From: an uncultured Gammaproteobacteria bacterium
Lineage (GTDB): Bacteria > Patescibacteriota > Microgenomatia > UBA8517 > JACQJR01
Direction: 5' to 3'
Assembly: GCA_964442455.1 (NCBI GenBank)
Contig: CAYTZB010000001.1
Location: forward strand, 21,910-85,909
DNA: 64,000 bases
Program-made: the position numbers and the translations under genes
Shown: piece after piece, positions 20,318 to 30,477 of the stretch
Layout: the number at the start of each line of letters is the position of its first letter
Position numbering within the stretch: the first letter of the stretch is position 1
Notes under the pieces: generated by a model
Databases searched by the model: none
Seen by the model: the letters and a program-made list of their open reading frames with translations, nothing else
What the model was told of the DNA's origin: nothing

Positions 20318-21023
20318 TATCCAAGACTATCAAGAGAATGCACTGGAGAATTTGGCACAGGTAGGTAATTATAACGAATGGCTCGTATCCAAATTTGAGA
20401 AGTATTTGGGGGAAAACATTTTAGAGGTAGGTAGTGGATTGGGTAATGTTACTATTAAAGTTAAGGATAAGGGTTTCAGTATTACCCCTACGGATATTAA
20501 CCGCTCTTTTCTTAAACCTTTAAAAAGAATTAACAAAAATGCGTTTTATTTTAATATCATTAATCCAAAACCCCATATAAGGGGTAAATTTGATACGATT
20601 GTCGCTATTAATGTATTGGAACATGTTCGTGATGACATCCGTGCAATTAAAAACATATATAATTTACTTCCTGATAATGGGATGTTTATAGTTCTTGTTC
20701 CCGCTCACAGCATTCTTTTCGGCTCATATGATAGATTAGCCGGTCACCATCAGCGTTATTCAAAAAGTAGTTTTTATAGGAAACTAACAAGCGCAGGTTT
20801 TTTGGTCGAAAGCATAAAATATTACAATAAATTATCAGCTTTAGGTTGGTTTATAAATGCAAGATTATTTAAACGAAAAGGATTTCCAAAATTACAATTA
20901 TCTATTCTTAAATTATTAGTTCCTTTCTTGGATTTTTTTGATAAAATAATCCCTTTTGATTTTGGTATATCAATTATATGTATTGCAAGTAAAAGCAGTG
21001 CTAATTTGAGAAGCGGTGCTTGA
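20307..21023 (+). CDS. Class I SAM-dependent methyltransferase
   Basis: ILEVGSGLG, INVLEHV, LVPAH...D...GHHQRY. Confidence 0.85.
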   Translation: MKISIQDYQENALENLAQVGNYNEWLVSKFEKYLGENILEVGSGLGNVTIKVKDKGFSITPTDINRSFLKPLKRINKNAFYFNIINPKPHIRGKFDTIVAINVLEHVRDDIRAIKNIYNLLPDNGMFIVLVPAHSILFGSYDRLAGHHQRYSKSSFYRKLTSAGFLVESIKYYNKLSALGWFINARLFKRKGFPKLQLSILKLLVPFLDFFDKIIPFDFGISIICIASKSSANLRSGA

Positions 21024-21708
21024 GTAATACCCAAATACCTACTAAACCGTTCCAAAAGTTAATTTTCTTTCCTTCTGAAAATTTTCTCGGATGGTAACTG
21101 ATAGGCACTTCTGCTATTTTATAACCCCTTTTTAAGAGTTTAACCACAAATTCGATATCCCACTCAAAGCTTTTACTTTTTGCAGATGCATTGTTTAAGC
21201 AATCCCTAGTATATAATTTGTAACAAGTGTATATGTCGGTAATTTTTGCACCGTAAAGAAGGTTAATCAAGTGAGTTGATAGATTTATACCCCAAACATA
21301 TATTATTTCGTCTTTTTTAGAAACGTGCGCATGTCGGGAACCAAAGATTATTTGAACATCTTTTCTTTCTAACCTCTTGAGGAGTTTAAATATGTCATTG
21401 GGGTTGTACTCTAAATCTGCGTCTTGTACTATTACTGCATCCCCGGTAACATACCTTAACGCCGTTTGTATAGCTGCCCCCTTACCATTATTTATTCTGT
21501 GCGAAATAAACTTAATTTTGGGCTTTTTGACTTTTATCAAATTTTGAATTATTTTCTTTGATTTATCAGAAGATCCGTCATCAACAATTATTATCTCCTT
21601 CTGCCACTTTCCTAATTTAGCTCGCATTACCCTCTTTAATAATTCCTCAATAGTATTTTCCTCATTAAAAACTGGTATAATTATTGATAATTTTTGCTTG
21701 GACTTCAT
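21001..21708 (-). CDS. GT2 polyprenol-phosphate glycosyltransferase
   Basis: SIIIPVFNEE, VDDGSSD, NGKGAA, QDADLEY, TDIYTCYK, EVPISYHPR. Confidence 0.9.
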   Translation of the reverse strand: MKSKQKLSIIIPVFNEENTIEELLKRVMRAKLGKWQKEIIIVDDGSSDKSKKIIQNLIKVKKPKIKFISHRINNGKGAAIQTALRYVTGDAVIVQDADLEYNPNDIFKLLKRLERKDVQIIFGSRHAHVSKKDEIIYVWGINLSTHLINLLYGAKITDIYTCYKLYTRDCLNNASAKSKSFEWDIEFVVKLLKRGYKIAEVPISYHPRKFSEGKKINFWNGLVGIWVLLKHRFSN

Positions 21709-21721
21709 GATTACTTTTGTG

Positions 21722-21823
21722 ATTATATACCTGTTTAACTTTAATCTGCACCTGCCTAATAATAAAAACAGGTATATACGAATACCTTAAAAGTTGCAAA
21801 TTAAACTAAGATGAGTATATCAC
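21722..21823. repeat. Right copy of the 102-bp inverted repeat; covers the divergent promoter region and the first 13 nt of the 21811 gene
   Basis: See left copy; contains a perfect 13-bp internal inverted repeat TATATACCTGTTT (21724-21736) / AAACAGGTATATA (21766-21778). Confidence 0.95.
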
Positions 21824-24174
21824 TAATTGAACTACTGAATAAAATAGTGGTCTTTGTTAGAGGAAACTTCTTGTTATCACTAATTGTTATTATAGGTTTT
21901 CTTCTTCGTATTATTGGGACAAGTCCGGGTTACTACATGCATGGATATGAAGTTATATATGGGGATGCAGTATCAATGATTTTAAATAAGACGATTGGCT
22001 TAAGTCTTACCAATTTAGCTTATCCCCCTTTAGTATTTTGGATAATGGCAATAGTTTTCTTATTTTTCTTTATCCCCTTGGCGTGGCTTTTATACGCTGT
22101 TTCTCATTTTCCAGACTTTTTGCAATTAGTAGCTGATGGTATCGGTGGGAATATAAATTTTGTGGCGCAGTTAGATCAGATATTTAATAAAGAAATTTTG
22201 GGCACAAGGTATTGGCAAAATGCGATGTACTGGGGAAGATACATAACCGCTCTATTTGGAACGGCTAGTGTTATCCTTGGATATAAAGTTGTAATGGAAT
22301 ACTTTGGGAAAAGAATTATGGCACTGGTCGCAGCATTTATGTTGGCCGTAAATTACCGGCTGGTTATTAACAGCCATATGGGGTTTTTTGATATTTACAA
22401 TGTATTTTTCCTCCTTTTAGCGCTTTTTGCTGTTGGAAGATTAATTAAAAAACCAACAATGCCACGCTACATTTTTGCAGCTGTTTGCGTTGTTCTGTCA
22501 TTCTTAGTTAAGTATCAACCATCTGGCTTTGTAGTATTTGGTATCGCCCATTTACTTGTTGCTATTAAAAAATCAAAAAACAAGCGTCACCCCTTTTTAA
22601 AAAATTTCCTTAGTAAGAATATAATAATGTCCGCCATCATAATAGTTGCTATTTTTCTAATCGCGCACGTTGATTATTTTATGCGATTAGATGAGACGTT
22701 GAGCTGGTCGAAATGGGTATGGCTTGCAAACGAATTCCATAAGTATCAAATGTATCTTTTCCCTCTTTCTTATGTTTATCATACGGGTTTAGGTCCGGTT
22801 CTTACCATAATTTCATTGGGTGGTATTATTATTGGATTTCTCATCAAAAGGCACAGAGAACAAACGATTATACTGGTATCCCCAATTTTGCTGTCTTTCT
22901 ATTTGTTCGCTTATTTTTCGACAGGTGGCTACTATACTTATAATCTTCTGATCCCAATTGCTTTAATGCTTATTTTTGCCGCTTTGTTTTTTGGACAAAT
23001 ATTGGAATGGTCCATCAAAAGCTACAGAAATAAAAGTGCTCGTGTTTTCATAATTGGCTTTTATACATTAGCCTTAGTCCTTGTCCTTAAAGAGCATATT
23101 TACAATAGTGCTCTTAGCACGTACATTCTTGCTCAACCTTCTTACAGGATTGTCGCAGAAGATTGGTTAAATAAAAATATAGAGGGACCTGCTGTATTTG
23201 CTACCCATTCCAGTAATCCAAGCGTGCAAAAAGATAAGGTTCAGATTGCTGAACTCCCTAACTTACCAGAAATATTTGGTTACCGTGAGTTTTTAGAAGA
23301 GAAGTACGATTACGCACTTATAGATTTTTTTAAAATTCAGGAAAAGAATTTTTGGTGGATGCTTTCACCTCCTAGAATGCCCACCCAATTCTGGGATAAA
23401 CCGGATGGTTTGTTATCTCAAAACTATCTTGCATTAGCAACCCGTGAATTATTATGGAATCATACAATAAAAGATTTTATGCTGCCTTGGCAAGCATCTG
23501 GATATAACTATGCGGTAACTCAAATAAAGCCCCCATTAAGTTTTGGTAATGCTGCTCTTATAAAAAGATTTGACTTTGAGGGTAAAGATGACTGGACACC
23601 ACTTTTCTTTCTAGAAAAAGATAAAGATAAGTTATTCTGGTCAGAAGAAGGCAAAAAAATCAAAGGAGCATTAGTTATAAAAAAGGGTAAAGAAGCGGGG
23701 AATAATAAGTGGGTAACAGTTCCCGGAGTTATTCGTTGGGAATCGGATGCTCTGCCGGTTAAACCGGGATTCGGTTATAAAGTTACCGGTTGGATTAAAA
23801 ATAGTGAACATATAGAGAAGAAATTTAGGAATGGATTCTTAAGACTAGATTTCTATTCCGAGAGCAATCGAGGAACAAGCTCTGCTTATCAAGAAAATAA
23901 TGAACCATCGATTACAAACCGCCCAGTTATTAGTTTCGTTTCAACAAGACCTTATGGTGAGAGTCAATGGCATAAAGTAGAAGTACAGGGTATTGCACCG
24001 CAAGAGGCAAATTTTATTAAAATTGGTTTTCAAGCCGATGATTCTGTAGTAACTTTATTTTTGGACGAAGTCGAAATTTATGAGACGCTTGATGAGCAAG
24101 AGGAGATAGACATAGAACACTATATAATACCCGACGAAGATTTTTTCCGACCAAGTGACAGCAGTTTTACATGA
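21811..24174 (+). CDS. GT-C (PMT-like) glycosyltransferase with C-terminal carbohydrate-binding-like beta-sandwich
   Basis: GFLLRI...HGYE, YPPL, GRYITALFG, LVKY; C-terminal PVKPGFGYKVTGWIK...WHKVEV...LFLDEVEI. Confidence 0.7.
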   Translation: MSISLIELLNKIVVFVRGNFLLSLIVIIGFLLRIIGTSPGYYMHGYEVIYGDAVSMILNKTIGLSLTNLAYPPLVFWIMAIVFLFFFIPLAWLLYAVSHFPDFLQLVADGIGGNINFVAQLDQIFNKEILGTRYWQNAMYWGRYITALFGTASVILGYKVVMEYFGKRIMALVAAFMLAVNYRLVINSHMGFFDIYNVFFLLLALFAVGRLIKKPTMPRYIFAAVCVVLSFLVKYQPSGFVVFGIAHLLVAIKKSKNKRHPFLKNFLSKNIIMSAIIIVAIFLIAHVDYFMRLDETLSWSKWVWLANEFHKYQMYLFPLSYVYHTGLGPVLTIISLGGIIIGFLIKRHREQTIILVSPILLSFYLFAYFSTGGYYTYNLLIPIALMLIFAALFFGQILEWSIKSYRNKSARVFIIGFYTLALVLVLKEHIYNSALSTYILAQPSYRIVAEDWLNKNIEGPAVFATHSSNPSVQKDKVQIAELPNLPEIFGYREFLEEKYDYALIDFFKIQEKNFWWMLSPPRMPTQFWDKPDGLLSQNYLALATRELLWNHTIKDFMLPWQASGYNYAVTQIKPPLSFGNAALIKRFDFEGKDDWTPLFFLEKDKDKLFWSEEGKKIKGALVIKKGKEAGNNKWVTVPGVIRWESDALPVKPGFGYKVTGWIKNSEHIEKKFRNGFLRLDFYSESNRGTSSAYQENNEPSITNRPVISFVSTRPYGESQWHKVEVQGIAPQEANFIKIGFQADDSVVTLFLDEVEIYETLDEQEEIDIEHYIIPDEDFFRPSDSSFT

Positions 24175-24176
24175 AG

Positions 24177-24965
24177 TTAACCGTTCTTCTTAGCAATCAC
24201 AAAAAAATTACGCCCTTCCGGATGAGTTTCTGAAAAATCGATTTTCAGACGACCTAGGACTAATTTGCTTATCTTTATTTTTTTAAGTAGAGATATTCGA
24301 TTCTGCAAAAAGGTAAATGGCATAAAAAATTCATACCAAAACGCAGATTTTGGAGAGACTATAGTACGTGTTTTTTCTAAGGATATCCCTACAGCTTGTA
24401 AATTCCGTTCCCAAGTTTCTAGACTCCAGAGAGTATTAAGCTGTAACATCCTACAGAAAGTGCTTTCGTAGATTTTAGCTAACCCATTTAACCTTAATTT
24501 TTTTAACAATTTTACTCCATAAAACTGTTTTGAGAGAGGAGAATGGGTGGTAAATATTAAAACCCCCCGGGGTTTTAGAATTCGGCTTATTTCCGATAAA
24601 ACACTGGTAAGATTTGGTATGTGCTCGAAAACACTGTTTGAAAATACTGTTTGTACAGACCCGTTGGGTAAAGGAATCTTGTGAGCGTCAGAAACAATGT
24701 AATTTTTATAGGCATTGACTTCTCGCGATTTTTCTATAGCATCTTTTGATATATCTAGACCATAATCCATTTGTCCCATAAACATTAGCTTTGTAAATTT
24801 TCCGTCTCCACATCCTAGGTCAAGAACTGGTTGTTTCAGTGTTGTTCCTGATATAGCTGTTATTTCAGAAGCTCTCCAAATAGTTCCGGAGATCGATGCG
24901 TTGTTAATAAACGCATTAAGCGTTTGTTTTAAAGGGTTAGTTTTGATAGTATTTCTTTTAAACAT
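24177..24965 (-). CDS. Class I SAM-dependent methyltransferase (paralog of 936-1727)
   Basis: PVLDLGCGDG, TVFSNSVFEHIPNL. Confidence 0.85.
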   Translation of the reverse strand: MFKRNTIKTNPLKQTLNAFINNASISGTIWRASEITAISGTTLKQPVLDLGCGDGKFTKLMFMGQMDYGLDISKDAIEKSREVNAYKNYIVSDAHKIPLPNGSVQTVFSNSVFEHIPNLTSVLSEISRILKPRGVLIFTTHSPLSKQFYGVKLLKKLRLNGLAKIYESTFCRMLQLNTLWSLETWERNLQAVGISLEKTRTIVSPKSAFWYEFFMPFTFLQNRISLLKKIKISKLVLGRLKIDFSETHPEGRNFFVIAKKNG

Positions 24966-26423
24966 TTAGTTGCATTGCTTTTTCCAAATTTGCCAATCTT
25001 CAAAAGATGTTTTTAAAATATAGCAATTTTTCAGTTCGCTGTCTATGAACTGCACAATATCCGGTCTATTCCAATAGTTGATTAAAGTATTTATGTAGTT
25101 TCTTGAAACAATCCAAAATTCTGGTCTTTTCTCCATTATTTCTTTTTCTATCTGAAACATAGGATTCCATCCGTAAGGCATGCCCTTTGCTGGTCTAGCC
25201 GATGGTAATCTGTCGCTTCTTAGATAAAACAGGGCATCTCCCATAACCATAATTTTTGTATTTTTGGAAGTGTTATTTTTAATCCAGTCAACAGCAGCTT
25301 TCATTGGATCTTTAGAATTGGGGTATAAGTCGTTAGCAATTCTAAAACTTGGGGGGAATTTTATCCTTTCTAAATGCCACGGTAAGATTGAAGTTAATAC
25401 TATAAATAATATGATAAATCCGCCTAATCCAAATATAAGTTTGCTATCACGGGATTTGTCATATGCTATTCCTGCTGTTAAGGCCAGTATAGGTAAAGCA
25501 TAATTTAAATGATGAGGGTGAAAGATGCTAAAAATAACAAAAGGAACAGTAGATAATGAAAGGAGGATTGCATAAACTGATTGATAATTAATTTTGTGGT
25601 TTTTAATCAAAGTCACAAAGTTAATGGCAATTAATACAAGTAATGGGGCGTAAAAGCCCAAGAGTTCCTTAAATGGAAGGGATAATAGGCTATCTTTTTT
25701 ATAATCTGCATAGAGCAAATAATAGGGTACATTGTAATAAAAGAATTCTCCCAAAGCTCCTTTTGAAAAAAAGTATATGGAGATTAATAAAAATGGTAAG
25801 ACTACTCCTGCAATTAGAAAGCTAATAGTTGGGATAGAATTTTTAGCCTGCTTTTTAATAATTTCATATAAAACCAGAATCATTACAAATCCCAAGGTTA
25901 TTGTGGCAATTTGTCCTGAAAGTTGGGTAATTGCAATTAAAATACCAAGGGAGATTACAAGCCGATTATTTACTTTTCTTTCATTGTGAAGTTTGAACAA
26001 TAAGTAAATTATTATTGAAAGGGTAAAGCCGATTAATATTTCGTGGAAAAATAATATTCCGGTTGCGGCATACCAGAAAAAAATAGCAAAAAAAATGAGC
26101 GAGAGTGCTGTTCCCAAAGAAGATAGGAATCTCTTGCCAAACAAATAAATTGTAATTAAGGTTCCAATCCCGAAAGTAAGTCCTACAAAAGGATCAATTT
26201 CGAGATTCCAATTCGAGACAAGGTGAACTGGTAGCAAAATAAGTCTGCCCAAAGGAAAGTGGTAAGCGGCAAAATCTTTGTAGTATATAAGTCCTTGAAC
26301 GGAGAACCAAGTTTCAAGCACCCCTGTAAGCTCTATATAATGTGGCAGAAAAATAAAAATAATAACAAGCCATACTGCGCAAGTGTACAAAGCTATTCTT
26401 CCCATAGTTAATTTTATTCCCAT
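24966..26423 (-). CDS. GT-C-like membrane glycosyltransferase
   Basis: Many TM segments; GLIYYKDF...HFP resembles GFLIYKDM...YPP of 44574-46034; C-terminal WIKNNT...KIMV domain. Confidence 0.65.
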   Translation of the reverse strand: MGIKLTMGRIALYTCAVWLVIIFIFLPHYIELTGVLETWFSVQGLIYYKDFAAYHFPLGRLILLPVHLVSNWNLEIDPFVGLTFGIGTLITIYLFGKRFLSSLGTALSLIFFAIFFWYAATGILFFHEILIGFTLSIIIYLLFKLHNERKVNNRLVISLGILIAITQLSGQIATITLGFVMILVLYEIIKKQAKNSIPTISFLIAGVVLPFLLISIYFFSKGALGEFFYYNVPYYLLYADYKKDSLLSLPFKELLGFYAPLLVLIAINFVTLIKNHKINYQSVYAILLSLSTVPFVIFSIFHPHHLNYALPILALTAGIAYDKSRDSKLIFGLGGFIILFIVLTSILPWHLERIKFPPSFRIANDLYPNSKDPMKAAVDWIKNNTSKNTKIMVMGDALFYLRSDRLPSARPAKGMPYGWNPMFQIEKEIMEKRPEFWIVSRNYINTLINYWNRPDIVQFIDSELKNCYILKTSFEDWQIWKKQCN

Positions 26424-26468
26424 AATTCACTTCTTTTGTTAATCATTTTAATATATCATACTGAATAA

Positions 26469-27314
26469 ATGAAAATACCAAGCAAAGGATTTTATATTAA
26501 ACACTTAAATAAGTCTGTGCAATATTCTCACTCAAGAGAGTGGAATCTATGGTATGCCAATGTTGCAAGGCATAAGGGTTTAAGGACAGCGAAAATACTT
26601 AGTCTTTATAAAAAAAATACTGCAAAATTACTCGATTTGGGATGTGGTATAGGATTAACCTTAAGCATCATAGCCCAAAAATTTCCAAATAGCATTGGTT
26701 GCGATGTTGATAACCAAGCTATGAAAGCAACAAAAGAAATTTTTACAGAAGTTGGTGTAGATATCCCACTCATCGTCTACAACGGTAAGAAATTACCTTT
26801 TAAAAGTAACACGTTTGATATAGTTACCTTTATAGAGGTTATTGAACATGTTGATAATCCTAGCGGAGTTTTAAGAGAGATAAATAGAGTTTTAAAGAAA
26901 GATGGGATACTTCATATTACTACAGCAAATAAATGGTGGCCATATGAACCCCACTTCAAACTTTTAATGCTTTCATATCTGCCAGAAAAATGGGCTGACA
27001 TTTATGTTCGGTTAAGCGGTAGAGGAAAGGGTTATCACGGCATAAAGCTACCAAGCTACGGTGAGTTTAGAAAAATGTTGAGCGCTTATTTTGAAGTTGA
27101 GGATATTACTCTTGAGATTATTGAGGATTATAGAAAGTATAACTTTGACAAGGAACGCGGCAGTAAAGTTGTTGTGGTCGGTGAGTTCTTAAAATTTCTT
27201 AGAAGACTAGATAATACTCCTTTTGAGACCATATCCAAATTTATACGTGGTGTTCTTCTAAGAGTATCTTTGGGTTGGTTATTTATTGCAAGGCCAAAGG
27301 AAGGGATAAAATGA
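26469..27314 (+). CDS. Class I SAM-dependent methyltransferase
   Basis: LLDLGCGIG, EVIEHV, RVLKKDG, NKWWPYEPH. Confidence 0.85.
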   Translation: MKIPSKGFYIKHLNKSVQYSHSREWNLWYANVARHKGLRTAKILSLYKKNTAKLLDLGCGIGLTLSIIAQKFPNSIGCDVDNQAMKATKEIFTEVGVDIPLIVYNGKKLPFKSNTFDIVTFIEVIEHVDNPSGVLREINRVLKKDGILHITTANKWWPYEPHFKLLMLSYLPEKWADIYVRLSGRGKGYHGIKLPSYGEFRKMLSAYFEVEDITLEIIEDYRKYNFDKERGSKVVVVGEFLKFLRRLDNTPFETISKFIRGVLLRVSLGWLFIARPKEGIK

Positions 27315-28087
27315 TTAATGATACTTTTGAACAGCAATACTACAAAACAAGAAACCCTAAATCGAAGAGTAAAAAGGTAATATCCTCGCATGTAAATGAA
27401 ATTTTAAGCGTGGCTAGAACCTATATAAAAAAAACTACGAAAGAAATTGACGTACTTGATGTGGGTTCGGGCCAGGGTGAATACTCATTCGAGCTGGGGA
27501 AAAAAGTTAAAAGCGTTGTCGGAGTCGAGCCTTACAAATCTGCCCATGAAGTTGCGGCAAAAAACTCTATTGGTCATTTAAAAGTTAAGTTCTTTAATAT
27601 ACCGGTAGAAGATTTAAAAATTAATAAGAAATTTGATTTGGTGATTTGCCTAACTGTAATTGAGCATATGCCCGATGCCAAAAAATCATTCAAAAAAATC
27701 TTTAAGTTGTTAAAGAGAGACGGAATTATTTATTTGACTGCCCCCAATAAGTTATGGCCCCTGGAGAGTCATCATAAATTACTATTCTTGTCATGGCTCC
27801 CTTTACCTATTGCTAATTTGTATGTTAAGTTAACCGGCAAAGCTAATTCTTATCAAGATAGTTCTTACTCAAAAACATATTTTGGCACGAGAAAATTTTT
27901 TGATTCTTTTCCTTGTAGATACGAATTTGTATTACCAAAAAATCTTGAAGGGGTATTTATGGGATGTGGAAGTGGAGGGAGGTTTTACAGATTTGTAATG
28001 AAGACGGGAATACTTTTAATACGTAAGTTTTCAGTCTTTTGGCTTTTTTCGAAAGGGTTCATTATAGTTGTTAGAAAGGAGAATTAG
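27311..28087 (+). CDS. Class I SAM-dependent methyltransferase (paralog of 26469-27314)
   Basis: VLDVGSGQG, VIEHM, NKLWPLESH; start moved to ATG 27311 (ATGA overlap). Confidence 0.85.
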   Translation: MINDTFEQQYYKTRNPKSKSKKVISSHVNEILSVARTYIKKTTKEIDVLDVGSGQGEYSFELGKKVKSVVGVEPYKSAHEVAAKNSIGHLKVKFFNIPVEDLKINKKFDLVICLTVIEHMPDAKKSFKKIFKLLKRDGIIYLTAPNKLWPLESHHKLLFLSWLPLPIANLYVKLTGKANSYQDSSYSKTYFGTRKFFDSFPCRYEFVLPKNLEGVFMGCGSGGRFYRFVMKTGILLIRKFSVFWLFSKGFIIVVRKEN

Positions 28088-28091
28088 TAAT

Positions 28092-29243
28092 TCATTTAGT
28101 CGCAGATCGATAAATTTTAAGGTAAGCATTTGTAACGTTCTCTATACTATAAGAGTTCAGGTTAATGTTTCTTGGCCGTATCTTTGGCTTAACTTTTAAA
28201 ATTTTTTCTATAGCTTTGCTCAGTACATCTGAATTTTTCGGAGGTAAAAGGATGTCTGGGGGTTTTACCAATTCTCTGTTGTTTAATATATCCGTCGTAA
28301 TAAGTGGTGTTTTTGAAGCAAGAACTTCCAAGATACTAATTGGTGGTATTGTGGTGCCATGTCCCGTTCGTTGCGGCAGAATAATTGCATCGCTGGCGGC
28401 AATAACTAGGGGAATATCTGTTTGCCCTTCCAACACTTTTATATGTTTTGCAATTTTCTTTAATTTGTTTATCCATACATTATGACGTCTCGAACCTTTC
28501 CACACAGAGAAAATTGCTACCAGTAGTATCTCTTTTAACCCTGTGTCTATTTTTCTCACAGCATCGAGCAAATCAGATATTCCCTTTTCTTCCGTAAGAG
28601 AGCCGAAGAAAGATATAATTTTCTTGTCTTTTGGAAGACCTAACTTTTCGCGAGCCACTGACTTTTTTGGAACTTTTCTGAAACGCCCCGCATCTATTGT
28701 GGGTGGAACAAAAGAAATTTTTCTAGATTGGATTCCAAGGTTTTTTAAATTATCTATTATTTCCTGCGAAGGAATACAATACATTTGCGAGAAGTTAAAT
28801 AGTTTAAACCAAAAAAACTTTCCTAAAAGTGTATTGTTATAAACACTTAATGTAAAAATTGTTGGAATACCAAACAAGAGTTTAATTACTAAACTTCTGA
28901 TTAAGATAATAGGCGTTGATGAGAATTCATGTATAAGATCGAATTTTTCTTTAAAAAGAAGTTTGACTGTGAAAAATGTTACGAAAAACGGCGTGAGAGC
29001 AAAATGTAGAAGCAGGCTTTTTTTTACAAAAGCCGGCGATTGTAATGAGATGATTCTAACACCATATTGTTTTTCTTGTTTCCTGGTCCATTCTCGCCAC
29101 TGAGGATGGGTATGTTTATAAATTGGATTGATGATGGTAGCCTTAATATTTTTTTTTGACAGCTCAAATATTAAATCTTGAATGAATTCTGTTCCCCAAC
29201 CCGCCGGAGGACCGATGCCGGAGACAAGATATAAAATCTTCAT
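28092..29243 (-). CDS. GT4 glycosyltransferase
   Basis: MKILYL..., FFGSLTEEKG, ISILEVLAS (first Glu of EX7E replaced). Confidence 0.8.
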   Translation of the reverse strand: MKILYLVSGIGPPAGWGTEFIQDLIFELSKKNIKATIINPIYKHTHPQWREWTRKQEKQYGVRIISLQSPAFVKKSLLLHFALTPFFVTFFTVKLLFKEKFDLIHEFSSTPIILIRSLVIKLLFGIPTIFTLSVYNNTLLGKFFWFKLFNFSQMYCIPSQEIIDNLKNLGIQSRKISFVPPTIDAGRFRKVPKKSVAREKLGLPKDKKIISFFGSLTEEKGISDLLDAVRKIDTGLKEILLVAIFSVWKGSRRHNVWINKLKKIAKHIKVLEGQTDIPLVIAASDAIILPQRTGHGTTIPPISILEVLASKTPLITTDILNNRELVKPPDILLPPKNSDVLSKAIEKILKVKPKIRPRNINLNSYSIENVTNAYLKIYRSATK

Positions 29244-29246
29244 AAG

Positions 29247-29789
29247 TTATTTTGTAAAGAAGATTATAATGGACATAAAAAATAGTATGAAAATAATAGG
29301 ATAATTAATGACTTTTAACCAATAAGTACTAACCCGGATTATGCTTGTTAGGCCAAATTCCCTGTAAGATAAAGGAAAAAATGGCGTGACAACGTCAAAG
29401 TAAAAGTTAAAGAATATATGGTATAGGTTGCCTAAAAATACGTATTTGGCAATTTCGCTTCCACCCAAAAAGAAAAAAATGGCATAAGTTATAGCCGAGC
29501 CAAAAAATGAGTGAAACAAAGAGTGGTGGGCAAAAGGCGGTCCAAAGAGGAATGCAAAAAGGTCATCAAAAACTGGTAAGAGAGAGCCAATGATAAATGC
29601 AAAGAGGAAACCGTTAATTGGATATATGCTGTTTGTCGAACCATTTTTGAATAAAGAGGGAAATAGCACTGCAAATGTTAGTATTGTAATAAAAAGAATT
29701 ATCCATCCTGGAATAAACGCTACAGCACCAGGTTTCATATAATGAGCCTTTGGATGCATTGTAAAAACAGGTGGAGCCTTCTTAAACAT
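29247..29789 (-). CDS. Membrane-bound metal-dependent hydrolase (YdjM-like)
   Basis: GSLLPVFDD, HHSLFHS, HIFFN..D, FFPLS; start moved to ATG 29789. Confidence 0.65.
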   Translation of the reverse strand: MFKKAPPVFTMHPKAHYMKPGAVAFIPGWIILFITILTFAVLFPSLFKNGSTNSIYPINGFLFAFIIGSLLPVFDDLFAFLFGPPFAHHSLFHSFFGSAITYAIFFFLGGSEIAKYVFLGNLYHIFFNFYFDVVTPFFPLSYREFGLTSIIRVSTYWLKVINYPIIFILFFMSIIIFFTK

Positions 29790-30477
29790 TTTTTTGTGCC
29801 AAAACAAAAAATTTTGTACCAATTGGAAGTCTGATTTTTGTTAGAAATTTATCAAAAAAGTTAATAAAATGTGCTCCGGGAAAATTATACACAGTCTCTC
29901 CAAGAACATGTAATGGGACAATTTCTAAGCAGTTAAATCCGTTTTTACTGAGTATTTTAATGATAGAAGGTTTAGTTAAGGCGTAACATGTACCTAAATT
30001 AAATTTAATTAAACTATTTATATTAAGAACATCGAAGATAATAAATCCCTTATTCTTTAAAATTCTATTTACCTCTTTTAGGGCTGGATTTATATCTTTA
30101 AGATGTTTGAAGACATGAAGGCTTACTACTATGTCGATGCAGTTTTTGTCTAGGGCAATTTTGTTTGCTAAGCCAACAATAACTTTAATTTGCCCTTTTT
30201 TAATTTGAGTGGGATAGTTTTCTTTAAGTAGTTTTAACATTGCAGGAGACTGGTCGAATGCATAAATTGTTTTTGGCCTGCTTTTTAAGAACACCCTTAT
30301 CGCTCTACCAGTACCTGCGCCAAGATCAAAGATGGTTTTGTTTGTTGATATTTTGTTGGAAAGCCAGTTTTCGATTATTTCCATTTCATCTTTATTTACA
30401 ATAGCAAGACCTCCCTTGAAACGATTTAAGCTATAGTCTTGTGCTCGTTTTGGTGACTTGTATTCCCCCTTAATCAT
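29782..30477 (-). CDS. Class I SAM-dependent methyltransferase
   Basis: IFDLGAGTGR, DQSPAML, RILKNKG. Confidence 0.85.
   Translation of the reverse strand: MIKGEYKSPKRAQDYSLNRFKGGLAIVNKDEMEIIENWLSNKISTNKTIFDLGAGTGRAIRVFLKSRPKTIYAFDQSPAMLKLLKENYPTQIKKGQIKVIVGLANKIALDKNCIDIVVSLHVFKHLKDINPALKEVNRILKNKGFIIFDVLNINSLIKFNLGTCYALTKPSIIKILSKNGFNCLEIVPLHVLGETVYNFPGAHFINFFDKFLTKIRLPIGTKFFVLAQKNV

Noticed and set aside
16784-21823. Inverted repeats as IS or composite-transposon ends, or as dif/attC sites
   Set aside because: No transposase inside, no flanking target duplication seen, and no convincing match to XerC/D or attC consensus
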